Below are positions 49,532-59,641 of a stretch of 64,000 nucleotides of DNA, piece after piece. The stretch is taken from positions 1-64,000 of the IMG/VR virus record IMGVR_UViG_3300012005_000004. One strand, given 5' to 3'. The position numbers and the translations under genes were made by a program. Under the pieces are notes generated by a model. It made no database searches and had not been told where the DNA came from. It saw only the letters and a list, made by a program, of their open reading frames with translations. The DNA comes from a virus. Positions within the stretch are counted from its first letter, which is position 1; the number at the start of each line of letters is the position of its first letter.

Positions 49532-50003
49532 CTTTCTACGTCAATTACTGTGCGGACTTTTACATAATGAGTGGAAGTTCATTCGCAATATCTACGGTGA
49601 TGAAATTATAGCTGCTGGATGGCGGCGCAGCATTTGGCGGTGCCAACGCTGCGGGAAGCATAAGTATGAGAAGGAGCTTCATACCACCGGAGAGATCTCT
49701 GGATATATAAGGTACCGATATCCAGAAGATAATGAGTTTGAAGTCTTGTTTCCAGAGCAAGCACACGAAGGAGTTGATGAAGATGTCTTCGCCACATTTA
49801 AGGTAGATGATCTTCCAAAAGAAGATCTTGAAGAATGGTATAGGGAAGGAGCTTATGTCATCTTTAACGTCGACGATGGAACGCTTAGCTTCTTGAAAAG
49901 ATATTGGACACAAGAAGAGATCGATGAGATAAATCGTCGAGGTGATGAGCTTTATAAAAAGATGCAAACTGTATTCAAAACCCACCCAGAGTGCGAGGAT
50001 TGA
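49512..50003 (+). CDS. Hypothetical protein
   Basis: N-terminal LC..H.W...NIYGD.I...C.RCG. Confidence 0.6.
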   Translation: MKKPTVNFLRQLLCGLLHNEWKFIRNIYGDEIIAAGWRRSIWRCQRCGKHKYEKELHTTGEISGYIRYRYPEDNEFEVLFPEQAHEGVDEDVFATFKVDDLPKEDLEEWYREGAYVIFNVDDGTLSFLKRYWTQEEIDEINRRGDELYKKMQTVFKTHPECED

Positions 50004-50135
50004 AAATACTCGTGACTGCTATGATTGAGAAAATACTCATTAAGATGTTAACAATAACATTCTTTACGTTAGTAACATGTCTCATCATCGGGGATTCGTT
50101 CCTAATATATTCAATGATACTGTACGGAGTAAAAA

Positions 50136-50351
50136 ATGGCATGTAAACGTTGCACGGACCTTGCTGTGCAAACCAACGGAGATGCTGGAGATTTTTGCTC
50201 TTGTGTGAAATCTATCTCCAGGCTGGTTGAAATACCGAAGTCTAAGATCTACCTTCAATTGGTCCAATCATTCATCGAAAACGCCGTCACGCTAGATGAA
50301 AACGACATTAAATCGCTGAAACAGCTTTGTAAGGACGGACTCAGTGACTGA
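50136..50351 (+). CDS. Hypothetical protein
   Basis: GGAG SD; CxxC...CxC. Confidence 0.55.
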   Translation: MACKRCTDLAVQTNGDAGDFCSCVKSISRLVEIPKSKIYLQLVQSFIENAVTLDENDIKSLKQLCKDGLSD

Positions 50352-51159
50352 ACGTTTCTTAATGTGTAAGCCCAAGTGGTTTTCAGTAAACTACGTCATC
50401 AACCCGTGGATGGATGGTAACATTTCTAGCGTGGTCTCTGCTGATGCCATGTCTCAATGGACCACGCTGCAAAAAGCTATAGCTAAGCTGGCTGAAGTGG
50501 TAGGCATCAACCAAGCTAAGAGTTTGCCTGACATGGTCTTCACTGCCAACGCAGCTTTAGTTCGAGATGGCAAGGCTATATTATCTCGATTCAAACACCC
50601 AGAACGTCAAGGAGAAGAAAAGCTATTCAGTGACCTGCTTCTCAACCAGGGATTTCAAGTTCTATGGTTACCTAATGGCGTTCCATTTGAGGGGGCCGGT
50701 GACGCGCTATTTTGCACTCGACACCCAAGCTTGTTGTGGATGGGGTATGGACACCGAACTGATGCGATGGCCTCATTTTACATCGGTGATTATTTAAAGT
50801 GCGCGGTCGTACCGCTTAAGCTGATAGACGATCGCTTCTATCACCTTGACACATGCTTCTGTCCTCTCAAAAATGGAGAGCTGCTCTATTATCCACCAGC
50901 CTTTGACGAAGAGTCACTCCAGAAGATCAGGGCAATGATCCCAATGGATCAGCGGATCATCGTGTCTGAAGAAGATGCGCTAAACTTCGCTTGTAATGCA
51001 GTTAACATAGATACAAATATTTTTCTCAACAAAGCGTCAGATGAACTAGTTGAGAACTTGACTAGTCGAGGTTATGTTGTCAAACAACTTCCGCTGACAG
51101 AGTTCATCAAGGCTGGTGGATCTGCTAAGTGCTTAACGCTTCGTCTCACAGAAAACTAA
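50344..51159 (+). CDS. Amidinotransferase/pentein family enzyme (ArgZ N-domain / citrullinase / DDAH-like)
   Basis: MC.P..F.V.YVINPWM, LPDMVFTANA, FEGAGD, FYHLDTCF, GGSAKCLTL. Confidence 0.88.
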   Translation: MTERFLMCKPKWFSVNYVINPWMDGNISSVVSADAMSQWTTLQKAIAKLAEVVGINQAKSLPDMVFTANAALVRDGKAILSRFKHPERQGEEKLFSDLLLNQGFQVLWLPNGVPFEGAGDALFCTRHPSLLWMGYGHRTDAMASFYIGDYLKCAVVPLKLIDDRFYHLDTCFCPLKNGELLYYPPAFDEESLQKIRAMIPMDQRIIVSEEDALNFACNAVNIDTNIFLNKASDELVENLTSRGYVVKQLPLTEFIKAGGSAKCLTLRLTEN

Positions 51160-51211
51160 AACTGCATTCTTTCTCTTTTTCACAGCTCTAATGAAAGAGC
51201 AGTGAAAACTT

Positions 51212-51241
51212 GTTCACAATCTAGGAGAACAATGATATAAT
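51212..51241 (+). promoter_or_regulatory. Early-type promoter
   Basis: GTTCAC-N18-TATAAT. Confidence 0.65.
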
Positions 51242-51277
51242 TTCTCCATCGATAGAGAAACTTTGGAGAATTCCGCA

Positions 51278-53896
51278 ATGAGGCTACATCAGAATGATCA
51301 CGGTTTTGAATCTCAGCTGCCGACCGATGAATATGAAGCTGGCATTGAATTTTCACAAAAGATGGTCACGATCTTGTCCGACCATATCTACAAGGACAAG
51401 ATCCTCGCGGTGATCCGTGAGCTCAGCTGCAACGCCTATGACTCCATGGTTGAAGCTGGCAAGAAGGATTGCCCATTTAAGATGCACCTTCCGACTCGCA
51501 TGGATCCAACCTTCTATGTAGAAGATAATGGTGTTGGGCTGGACCCATTGGTCCTCCCACGCGTCTACTTGACGTACGGGCACTCAACCAAAACCGATAA
51601 TGATGAAGCGATCGGAGCTCTCGGCCTCGGGTCTAAGTCTCCATTTGCTTACACAAAATCTTCCTTCATCGTCCGTAATCGCTGGAACGGCGTAGAGTAT
51701 TCCTACTTGGTTTACTACAACGCGCAAGGTAAGCCTGCGATGTCAAAGGTCGGAGAAGAAGTTACCGATCGAGGCAACGGACTGCGCGCCGAGTTTGCGG
51801 TCAAGCCTCAAGACATCTCCGCATTCTTTGATCGTACCGATCGTTTTTTCAAGTATTGGAAGAACACTCTTCCAGATTTCGTTGGTCAGGACACTAAGCG
51901 AGTCTTACATTCTAAGATCGATAAGGTCATCGACGGTGGTAGCTGGTACTTAGAAAACCGCGGAGCTGATAGCGATTTCAAGGGGGCAATCGCTATCATG
52001 GGAAACATCCAATATCCCATCGAAGCTGATTCGATCCCAAATTTACCCGAAGAGCTGAAAGTAGTCGCTCAAAACTCCTTCGTGATTGAATTTCCGCTTG
52101 GATCTCTAGCTTTCCAGCCCTCGCGCGAAGCCTTATCATTTGATGATTTTACAAACAAGAGCTTGATCGCTCGCCTCGAAGAGGTTCGCCTATCAATGGG
52201 AGATACATTCAAGGCACAGATCTTTAAGAAGGGTCAAACGCAGCTGCAATTCCGTAAGAATTTCACTTTCAAGCTCAATGAGTTTGCTCGGATTATCAGG
52301 AGGGAAACTATTTCTTCTGCTCGATATGACAACCAAATTTATTGGGCCGTAAAGTTTCTGCTTAACCGTACCCACGTCGATTCGGTAACCTATGATAAGT
52401 ATGAATACAGCATCGACGGATTGCTGAATAATGTTCACTACGTAGTACGAGATGGTCACCAACAGTTCGCGATTATCTCTGAAACCACACGAGGTAAGAA
52501 TGCTAGGATCTGGCTATCTAATGCTACATCATTGACGTTCTCTGCAAAACAAGATGTTCCATATGATGAGATTTATCCTGGTCCAAATATTGCTAGCCGA
52601 AAGATCAAACAAAACGAAAAGGTAACATTTGATTGGATCCCATCGTTAGTTCCAAACCGCAAGAACGCAGCTGAGTATAGCAATGTCCAACGGGTAGTTA
52701 TGTCCGGTAAGTTTGACGTGGTAACTAACAATCGACTGATGCTTGACTCTCCAGAAGCAACCTTTGTCATCAATGATGAAGGTGGCCCTGGTGAGAGCAA
52801 GTATAAAGCTTATATCAAGTCCCATCATCGTGGTCCACAACAGTATTTCTTCGTTAAGCACATCACGAAGGACATCTCTATCGTTGAGCTTACTCAGAAA
52901 GTTGCTTCGTTCATCGAAGACAATGGGATGAAAGGCGCATCTATCGAGTTTACTAGCAACCTTGAAGATTATCGTCCGGTGCTTGATAAGGTTAAGAAGA
53001 ATCGCGGCACCATCAAGCTTTACGTGCGAGAGTTCAAATTTTACCCAACTATCAAGAAGCCATTTCAGCTTAGCGTTGGCCGTAAGACGGAGGTTGGCCG
53101 CGGGGATATGCCTCGGCATCAAGATGAACACACTCAAACCATCTTTGAGTGGGATGTTCTGAAGAATGCAAAGTTGCCATGGCTTTACTTGCGTAAAACT
53201 CGGTCTAAGGTTGAAGCTAATGAAGACACCAAGGCTAATCAACGTTCATTTATAACGCACAATAAAGATGCGGTAATTCTTGCCTTGACCAAAGGTTTAT
53301 TGGAAGATGTCGAGCATGAGGTGTTGCAAGATCCTCATCATAAGACGGTAGATAACCTTCCAGTTACATTCAACAAATATACCGTTCTAGTTCTCACCGA
53401 CGGTCACATCAAAGAGCTGCAGAAGAAGGGTATCAAGATGGTAGGACTTTATGACCATGTTAATGCTAAGGTCGCTGAGATGTTTAAAGCTCATGATTTT
53501 CGTAAGGACCTAGAGCATGACGCGATGATGGATAATCAAACGGTTATCAATGGCTTATATAACAGGATGGCGCCAGCTACTCGGCGGGGACTGTTAACTC
53601 GAGTTGAACCTGAAGTCCCTAGCGCTGAATCACTGATGTTGTCAATGCTCAAGAACTACGATGACTACTTAAACGCTCCTAAGAATAATACTGAGAGCTA
53701 CGAGATGGTTGCCCTGTATCAATATTTCGTTGATATGTACAGTGCTGGAGTTAGCAACAGCAAGTCAGCACGAACCATTGATGAAAAAGTTAAAGACAGG
53801 TATCCGATCTTAAAGTATATGTCTATCAACAATTTAGATAAAAATGGAGTAGATATCCTTCTAGATTACGCATCTATGGTTGAAAATAACTGTTGA
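51278..53896 (+). CDS. rIIA: rIIA-like protein (GHKL ATPase N-terminus)
   Basis: LSD.IY.DK..AVIREL.CNA.D, D.G.GL, STK, IG.LGLGSKSPFAY; paired with rIIB. Confidence 0.9.
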   Translation: MRLHQNDHGFESQLPTDEYEAGIEFSQKMVTILSDHIYKDKILAVIRELSCNAYDSMVEAGKKDCPFKMHLPTRMDPTFYVEDNGVGLDPLVLPRVYLTYGHSTKTDNDEAIGALGLGSKSPFAYTKSSFIVRNRWNGVEYSYLVYYNAQGKPAMSKVGEEVTDRGNGLRAEFAVKPQDISAFFDRTDRFFKYWKNTLPDFVGQDTKRVLHSKIDKVIDGGSWYLENRGADSDFKGAIAIMGNIQYPIEADSIPNLPEELKVVAQNSFVIEFPLGSLAFQPSREALSFDDFTNKSLIARLEEVRLSMGDTFKAQIFKKGQTQLQFRKNFTFKLNEFARIIRRETISSARYDNQIYWAVKFLLNRTHVDSVTYDKYEYSIDGLLNNVHYVVRDGHQQFAIISETTRGKNARIWLSNATSLTFSAKQDVPYDEIYPGPNIASRKIKQNEKVTFDWIPSLVPNRKNAAEYSNVQRVVMSGKFDVVTNNRLMLDSPEATFVINDEGGPGESKYKAYIKSHHRGPQQYFFVKHITKDISIVELTQKVASFIEDNGMKGASIEFTSNLEDYRPVLDKVKKNRGTIKLYVREFKFYPTIKKPFQLSVGRKTEVGRGDMPRHQDEHTQTIFEWDVLKNAKLPWLYLRKTRSKVEANEDTKANQRSFITHNKDAVILALTKGLLEDVEHEVLQDPHHKTVDNLPVTFNKYTVLVLTDGHIKELQKKGIKMVGLYDHVNAKVAEMFKAHDFRKDLEHDAMMDNQTVINGLYNRMAPATRRGLLTRVEPEVPSAESLMLSMLKNYDDYLNAPKNNTESYEMVALYQYFVDMYSAGVSNSKSARTIDEKVKDRYPILKYMSINNLDKNGVDILLDYASMVENNC

Positions 53897-53900
53897 TATC

Positions 53901-53930
53901 ATATACATTTCTCCTAGATCTGGTTATAAT
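53901..53930 (+). promoter_or_regulatory. Early-type promoter
   Basis: ATATAC-N18-TATAAT. Confidence 0.7.
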
Positions 53931-53956
53931 AAGAATCATACCACATAGGAGGTTCA

Positions 53957-54325
53957 ATGATTGCTTATCAACCTAAAACCATATTGGTAGTAGATGATAA
54001 TATAGATTTAATTGCTTCAGCTGTTAATTTACTTAAAAATCATGGTTACGAGACCATCACAGCAGAGAACGCCGCTGAAGCATTGAATATCATAGAATCT
54101 GGTAAACACGTTGATCTCATCTTCACTGATGTGGTAATGCCAGGGAATGTCTGTAGCGTCGAGATGGCTGCTCGGGCCAGATACATCTATCCGCATATCA
54201 AGGTTATCTTTACGAGCGGGTATAGAGATACTTTAAAGATGCTGCTTGAAGATGAGGTGTTTCTGTTGAAACCCTATGAGTTTAACTCAATGCTCAAAAC
54301 TATAGAAGATGTTCTCAACAGCTAA
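53957..54325 (+). CDS. Single-domain response regulator receiver (CheY-like)
   Basis: ILVVDDN, DLIFTDVVMPG, FTSGY, KPY. Confidence 0.9.
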   Translation: MIAYQPKTILVVDDNIDLIASAVNLLKNHGYETITAENAAEALNIIESGKHVDLIFTDVVMPGNVCSVEMAARARYIYPHIKVIFTSGYRDTLKMLLEDEVFLLKPYEFNSMLKTIEDVLNS

Positions 54326-54337
54326 CTTCACTTTTTT

Positions 54338-54367
54338 GTTTACACTTCGTGGATGTTGAGATATAAT
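54338..54367 (+). promoter_or_regulatory. Early-type promoter
   Basis: GTTTAC-N18-TATAAT. Confidence 0.75.
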
Positions 54368-54408
54368 GTCTATATTAAATTTTTCAACAACCTCGGAGGC
54401 GAACCGAA

Positions 54409-55794
54409 ATGAGTAACGAGATCTACTACACCAGCCATGATGGTGGTGCTACGCTCTTTATGGACGGAAAGCTGAAGTCAATCTCCAGCGATCACCCAAA
54501 TTTCATGAAGATCATGAGCGCTCTCAAGGCAAAGTCATATGACTTGGCCATCAAGCTCATGGACATGGTAGGAACCATCAATGATATTGGATCAAATGTT
54601 TCCAAGAAGTTTGTTGGTCGTAGAGTTTTTGTCGAAGGTGAAACGGTTTACTTCACGGATGAAAATGGCAAACATCATGTCTTGCACGGTACTCTTGTTG
54701 ATCGCATCATCGATGATATCGGTAAGCCATCTGGACAAAAATATGCAGATGCTCTCTTGGCTCTTCAAGATAACATCATGCGCAACACTCGCAAGGATAT
54801 TCGCGAAGAGCTGTATGAGTTCTTAATGTCTGGAAAGACGCCGATCACGATGGATGGTTGCTTCCTGGCTTACAAGAAGGTAAAGGCTGCAAACAAGCAA
54901 GGTCAATACCTTGACATCTACTCTGGAACTATGGATAACGCGCCTGGTAAGATTCCGCGTATGGATCCAAAAGATGTCGACGCAGATCGGTACCGAGAAT
55001 GCTCTCGAGGACTGCATTTCTGTTCTCGTGGTTATTTGAGTCACTATGGAAATGGAGATGGAGATGATTCATCTGTAGTTATGGTGGTGAAGGTCAATCC
55101 AAAGGATGTGTTTGCAATTCCTACGGATTATTCATTCCAAAAAGGTCGGGCATCTGAATATTATGTGGTAGGTATGGTTAATAAGGGACACGATCTTTCC
55201 AAAAGTGACGTGTTCAAGGATTCTTTTATCGATGAAGATAGCAAGGAAGCTTCGGCACCGAATGTTACATTCAAGGCGCCTCTCAAGGCTGGCTTGCAAA
55301 CTGTTGGCGAAAGCTATGGTTTGATCAACGATGGAAAATGCTTGGTCATCGAACAGAACGGAAAATATGTTCCAGTTAGATCAGCTTCATTCACCGGTAA
55401 GGTAGATGCTCCTGGTGCCGATCAAGTGAAGCATCGGTTGGGTAAGGTTATCATGGAGATGTTTGAATTGGCTTCATTTGAAGTTACGAGTGACCTTACT
55501 CTTGAACAAGTTGGTGGCGATTCGCTAGATGCGGTAGAGCTAGTTATGGCGATCGAAGATGAGTTTGAGATTGAGATCTCCGATGATGATGCTGAAAAAT
55601 TCCACACGTCAATGGATATTCTTAACTATCTGCTCAAGGTGAATAAGATCTTTCCACCGAATAAGTATTCTTATGTTGATGTTCTTGGAACTCCAGTTAC
55701 CGGAGAACCGAAACTCATGTCATTTGAAACGAAGTCGGTTCGTCAGTCAGTAAAAGAAGCAGTACAAAAAGCTCAAGGATCTGTTAAGAGTTAA
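54409..55794 (+). CDS. rIIB: rIIB-like protein with embedded acyl carrier protein domain
   Basis: HPNF, IT.DG.FLAYK.V, CS.GLH, V.VNP.DV..IP.DY; ACP at about aa 338-410 with GGDSLD. Confidence 0.9.
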   Translation: MSNEIYYTSHDGGATLFMDGKLKSISSDHPNFMKIMSALKAKSYDLAIKLMDMVGTINDIGSNVSKKFVGRRVFVEGETVYFTDENGKHHVLHGTLVDRIIDDIGKPSGQKYADALLALQDNIMRNTRKDIREELYEFLMSGKTPITMDGCFLAYKKVKAANKQGQYLDIYSGTMDNAPGKIPRMDPKDVDADRYRECSRGLHFCSRGYLSHYGNGDGDDSSVVMVVKVNPKDVFAIPTDYSFQKGRASEYYVVGMVNKGHDLSKSDVFKDSFIDEDSKEASAPNVTFKAPLKAGLQTVGESYGLINDGKCLVIEQNGKYVPVRSASFTGKVDAPGADQVKHRLGKVIMEMFELASFEVTSDLTLEQVGGDSLDAVELVMAIEDEFEIEISDDDAEKFHTSMDILNYLLKVNKIFPPNKYSYVDVLGTPVTGEPKLMSFETKSVRQSVKEAVQKAQGSVKS

Positions 55795-55824
55795 GTCGAA
55801 GAATGCCTCCCTTCGGTTTTACTC

Positions 55825-55858
55825 AGAGAGATCGAAGAAATTCGATCTCTCTTCTTTT
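55825..55858 (+). terminator. Terminator hairpin
   Basis: AGAGAGATCGAA-gaaa-TTCGATCTCTCT then TCTTTT. Confidence 0.7.
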
Positions 55859-55900
55859 GAGCTAAGGTAAATAAATAGATAAACCAGAAAGGCGGACAAT

Positions 55901-56581
<681 letters not shown>

Positions 56582-56601
56582 GTAACTTGGTGGATATATG
56601 T

Positions 56602-56631
56602 GTATACATGTTCATAGATGTTTGTTATAAT
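56602..56631 (+). promoter_or_regulatory. Early-type promoter
   Basis: GTATAC-N18-TATAAT. Confidence 0.7.
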
Positions 56632-56746
56632 GATCTTAGTACTTAAGTAATTAAAAAGAGGTTTAAAATGTATTCTTTACAATTTTCTTAGTGTAAATCC
56701 AACGTGTATTTAGCGTTAAAAACTTTCAAATGAAAGGTTACACCTC

Positions 56747-58867
56747 ATGCAACGGATTTATAAGGATAATGCCGTGTTGCGAGGCATTATCGAAAACACC
56801 ATGGATGCGATCATCGTCATTAACGATGATAATAAAGTAGTAGAATGGAACAAGTATGCCACTGATTTATTTGGATATACCCAAGATGAAGCTATCGGTA
56901 GATCATTATCTTCTCTGATTATACCAGATACGTTCATTCCTCACCATGAGGCATGCGTTAATCGAGCTGTCCAAAATCAAAAAGATCATTGTTATCTTAG
57001 AACTGAGATGGATGCACGCAGAAAAGATGGTTGTAAGCTCAAAATTGAGCTTACAGTTTCTCAGATAACTCTAAAAGATCAAAGCGGAATAAAGAATAGT
57101 TTGTTTAGCGTAGCAATACGTGATATCACAGTTCAAAAGAATAGTCAAGACCGTGTGATTCGCCAAGCTTCTCTTTTAGATCTTTCGCGTGATGGTATCT
57201 ATGTTATTGATAAAGATCAGAGGTTGACTTGGTGGAATAAGGGGGCTGAGCTGCTCTACGGATATTCCACTGATGAAGCTATCGGTCATATAGCTTATGA
57301 ATTGTTACAAACAGATTACCCACTAAGTGGTAGGAATGCCTTTGAAGAGATCTTTCAAACACTTCTACATTCTGGTTCTTGGGAAGGGGAGTTGACGCAA
57401 CTCACAAAAGACGGTAATCGCGTTACAGTTCTCAGCCGTTGGGTACTTGATATCGAATATGATGAAGTGTTAATAACTAATACCAATATCACAGAGCTAA
57501 AACGAAATCAAGAAAAAATCGAATATCTCGCTACGCATGATGATCTCACTGGTTTGCCAAACCGTCGGTTGCTAGAAGATAGAATAAACCATGCGATAAT
57601 CCAATGTGAACGAAATGGTGGTCACGTTGGTGTTCTATTCTTAGACCTTGATCGTTTCAAGATCATAAATGATTCGCTTGGTCATGACATGGGAGATAAA
57701 CTACTCAATGAGGTTAGTCAAAGATTAGTCAAATCAGTGAGACGTGAAGATACCGTAGCTCGTCTAGGTGGAGATGAATTTGTAGTAGTTCTTGAGAATG
57801 TATCAAATATTGAAGATATAGCTGAGATCTCTTCCAAGATACTGAATTCTATTCAACAACCTATTTCATTGGGAGAAGGTGCTGGGAAGAGCATCTCAAT
57901 CAACACTAGCATTGGTGGTTCCGTCTACCCAAAAGATGGCCTAGACGTTATCACATTGATGAGGAACGCTGATTTAGCTATGTATAAGTCTAAAGAATAT
58001 GAAATGGGGGCATTTCGTTTCTACAGCCCAGAGATGAATGAGTTAGTTCTTCAACGACTGACAAATGAAAATAATTTAAGAAAAGCATTGAATAATGAAG
58101 AATTCATTCTCCATTTTCAACCGAAGATCTGTAGCGCAGAAGGGCGTACCACCGGTGTTGAAGCATTGATTCGATGGAACCACCCAGAAAAGGGTTTAAT
58201 CATGCCATCTGAATTTATTGGATTAGCTGAAGAGATCGGGTTAATCAATAAAATTGGTGAGTGGGCTCTATACGCAGCGTGCGAGCAAAATAAAGCATGG
58301 CAAAATATGGGATTGCCTCTCATACAGATGTCAGTAAACTTGTCAGTGCACCAGCTCACGCCAAATTTAGTTAACATCGTATCAAAAGCGTTGAAAATGT
58401 CTGGCTTAGATCCAAAGTGGTTAGACCTAGAAGTTACCGAATCTGCTGCGATGAAAGATGTAGACATGACGATTGAAACCTTAGGTAAACTTCGAAAGCT
58501 TGGTGTGTCAATCTCTATCGATGATTTTGGAACTGGATATTCATCTCTAGAATATCTTAAAAAGATGCCGTTAGATAACTTGAAGATTGATCAATCATTT
58601 GTTAGTGGCATTCCAACAGATTCTAATGACCTTTGTATCGTGGCTGCAATCATTGGTCTGGCTCATAACATGAAGCTACGAGTGATCGCTGAAGGAGTGA
58701 CATCTAAAGAACAAGTTGCGTTCTTAGACACACACAAATGTGATGAGATGCAGGGTTACCTATTCAGCCGTCCAGTGACAGCTGAGGACGTAGAGCAAAG
58801 GTTGATCGGTCAAGTTTGGAGCTACCCATACCAAGGAAATCATGAACTACGAACGTGCGATGATTGA
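56747..58867 (+). CDS. PAS-PAS-GGDEF-EAL diguanylate cyclase / phosphodiesterase
   Basis: Two PAS domains; D.LTGLPNR, DLDRFK.IND..GH..GD, RxxD I-site, GGDEF; EALIRW, DDFGTGYSS, KID, AEGV, QGYLFSRP. Confidence 0.95.
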   Translation: MQRIYKDNAVLRGIIENTMDAIIVINDDNKVVEWNKYATDLFGYTQDEAIGRSLSSLIIPDTFIPHHEACVNRAVQNQKDHCYLRTEMDARRKDGCKLKIELTVSQITLKDQSGIKNSLFSVAIRDITVQKNSQDRVIRQASLLDLSRDGIYVIDKDQRLTWWNKGAELLYGYSTDEAIGHIAYELLQTDYPLSGRNAFEEIFQTLLHSGSWEGELTQLTKDGNRVTVLSRWVLDIEYDEVLITNTNITELKRNQEKIEYLATHDDLTGLPNRRLLEDRINHAIIQCERNGGHVGVLFLDLDRFKIINDSLGHDMGDKLLNEVSQRLVKSVRREDTVARLGGDEFVVVLENVSNIEDIAEISSKILNSIQQPISLGEGAGKSISINTSIGGSVYPKDGLDVITLMRNADLAMYKSKEYEMGAFRFYSPEMNELVLQRLTNENNLRKALNNEEFILHFQPKICSAEGRTTGVEALIRWNHPEKGLIMPSEFIGLAEEIGLINKIGEWALYAACEQNKAWQNMGLPLIQMSVNLSVHQLTPNLVNIVSKALKMSGLDPKWLDLEVTESAAMKDVDMTIETLGKLRKLGVSISIDDFGTGYSSLEYLKKMPLDNLKIDQSFVSGIPTDSNDLCIVAAIIGLAHNMKLRVIAEGVTSKEQVAFLDTHKCDEMQGYLFSRPVTAEDVEQRLIGQVWSYPYQGNHELRTCDD

Positions 58868-58922
58868 TAATCTTTTAACATTACTTCGAGATAGTCAACG
58901 AAGGGCTGGAGATGTAGAGTGG

Positions 58923-58953
58923 GCTCGGCGACGAGATAAGTTAATCGCCGAGC
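58923..58953. terminator. Hairpin between convergent genes
   Basis: GCTCGGCGA/TCGCCGAGC inverted repeat; weak U-tract. Confidence 0.45.
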
Positions 58954-58971
58954 TGCTTGAAACTAAACGAT

Positions 58972-59640
58972 CTATTTCTTGCTCTTCAACGAAGCTTGAG
59001 GAGAAGTAAGTTTCTTTGGCTTCAGTGAAGCAGCTCCTTTAGGCGGGTGTTGCTTCGCTAATGCGTCTTCCTCCTTCTGATGCTGTGGCTTTGGTGGAAT
59101 GAATCTTCCTTCTGCATCAATGTGAGGTGATGAATATTTAAAACGTTCGCCACCTAATGCAGTTGCAACAACCAAATTTACCTTAGCGTATTTTCTACCT
59201 GCCATCTTATAAACGGTCAATCTGTGGTGACCATCTAGTATGCAAAGGTCTCCACCGTTTCCACCCTTAGGTAGGTCTATCGAATAAACAACTTCGGGTA
59301 AATCTTCATCTTTAACGTTCTTATTCTTGTCAACCAAGCTAAGAAGACGATTTTTTTGGACTGATGATTGGGCTCGCCCTAGCTCCTTGAGAGGAACAAG
59401 AACAACTCTTCTCTTGGTATGTCCTCCTGAGATGATTGACTTAGGGCGCTTAAAGAATGCGCTAAGGTCGATCTCTTCACCATCTACGCCATCAAACCAT
59501 TGACGGTGCTCATCAGCTGCAGGGTGGCTCTTGATGGCGATCTTAACTTGCTCGATCTCATCTGATGTCAGCTTAACGGCGTGCTGTTTGATCGCTTCCT
59601 CGGCTCTCCAGCCCTCTGATAGATAGTTCTTGAATGACAT
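58972..59640 (-). CDS. ParB/Srx-like domain protein, possible virion internal protein
   Basis: ILDGHHRL motif; N-terminus MSFKNYLSE. Confidence 0.7.
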   Translation of the reverse strand: MSFKNYLSEGWRAEEAIKQHAVKLTSDEIEQVKIAIKSHPAADEHRQWFDGVDGEEIDLSAFFKRPKSIISGGHTKRRVVLVPLKELGRAQSSVQKNRLLSLVDKNKNVKDEDLPEVVYSIDLPKGGNGGDLCILDGHHRLTVYKMAGRKYAKVNLVVATALGGERFKYSSPHIDAEGRFIPPKPQHQKEEDALAKQHPPKGAASLKPKKLTSPQASLKSKK

Positions 59641-59641
59641 G

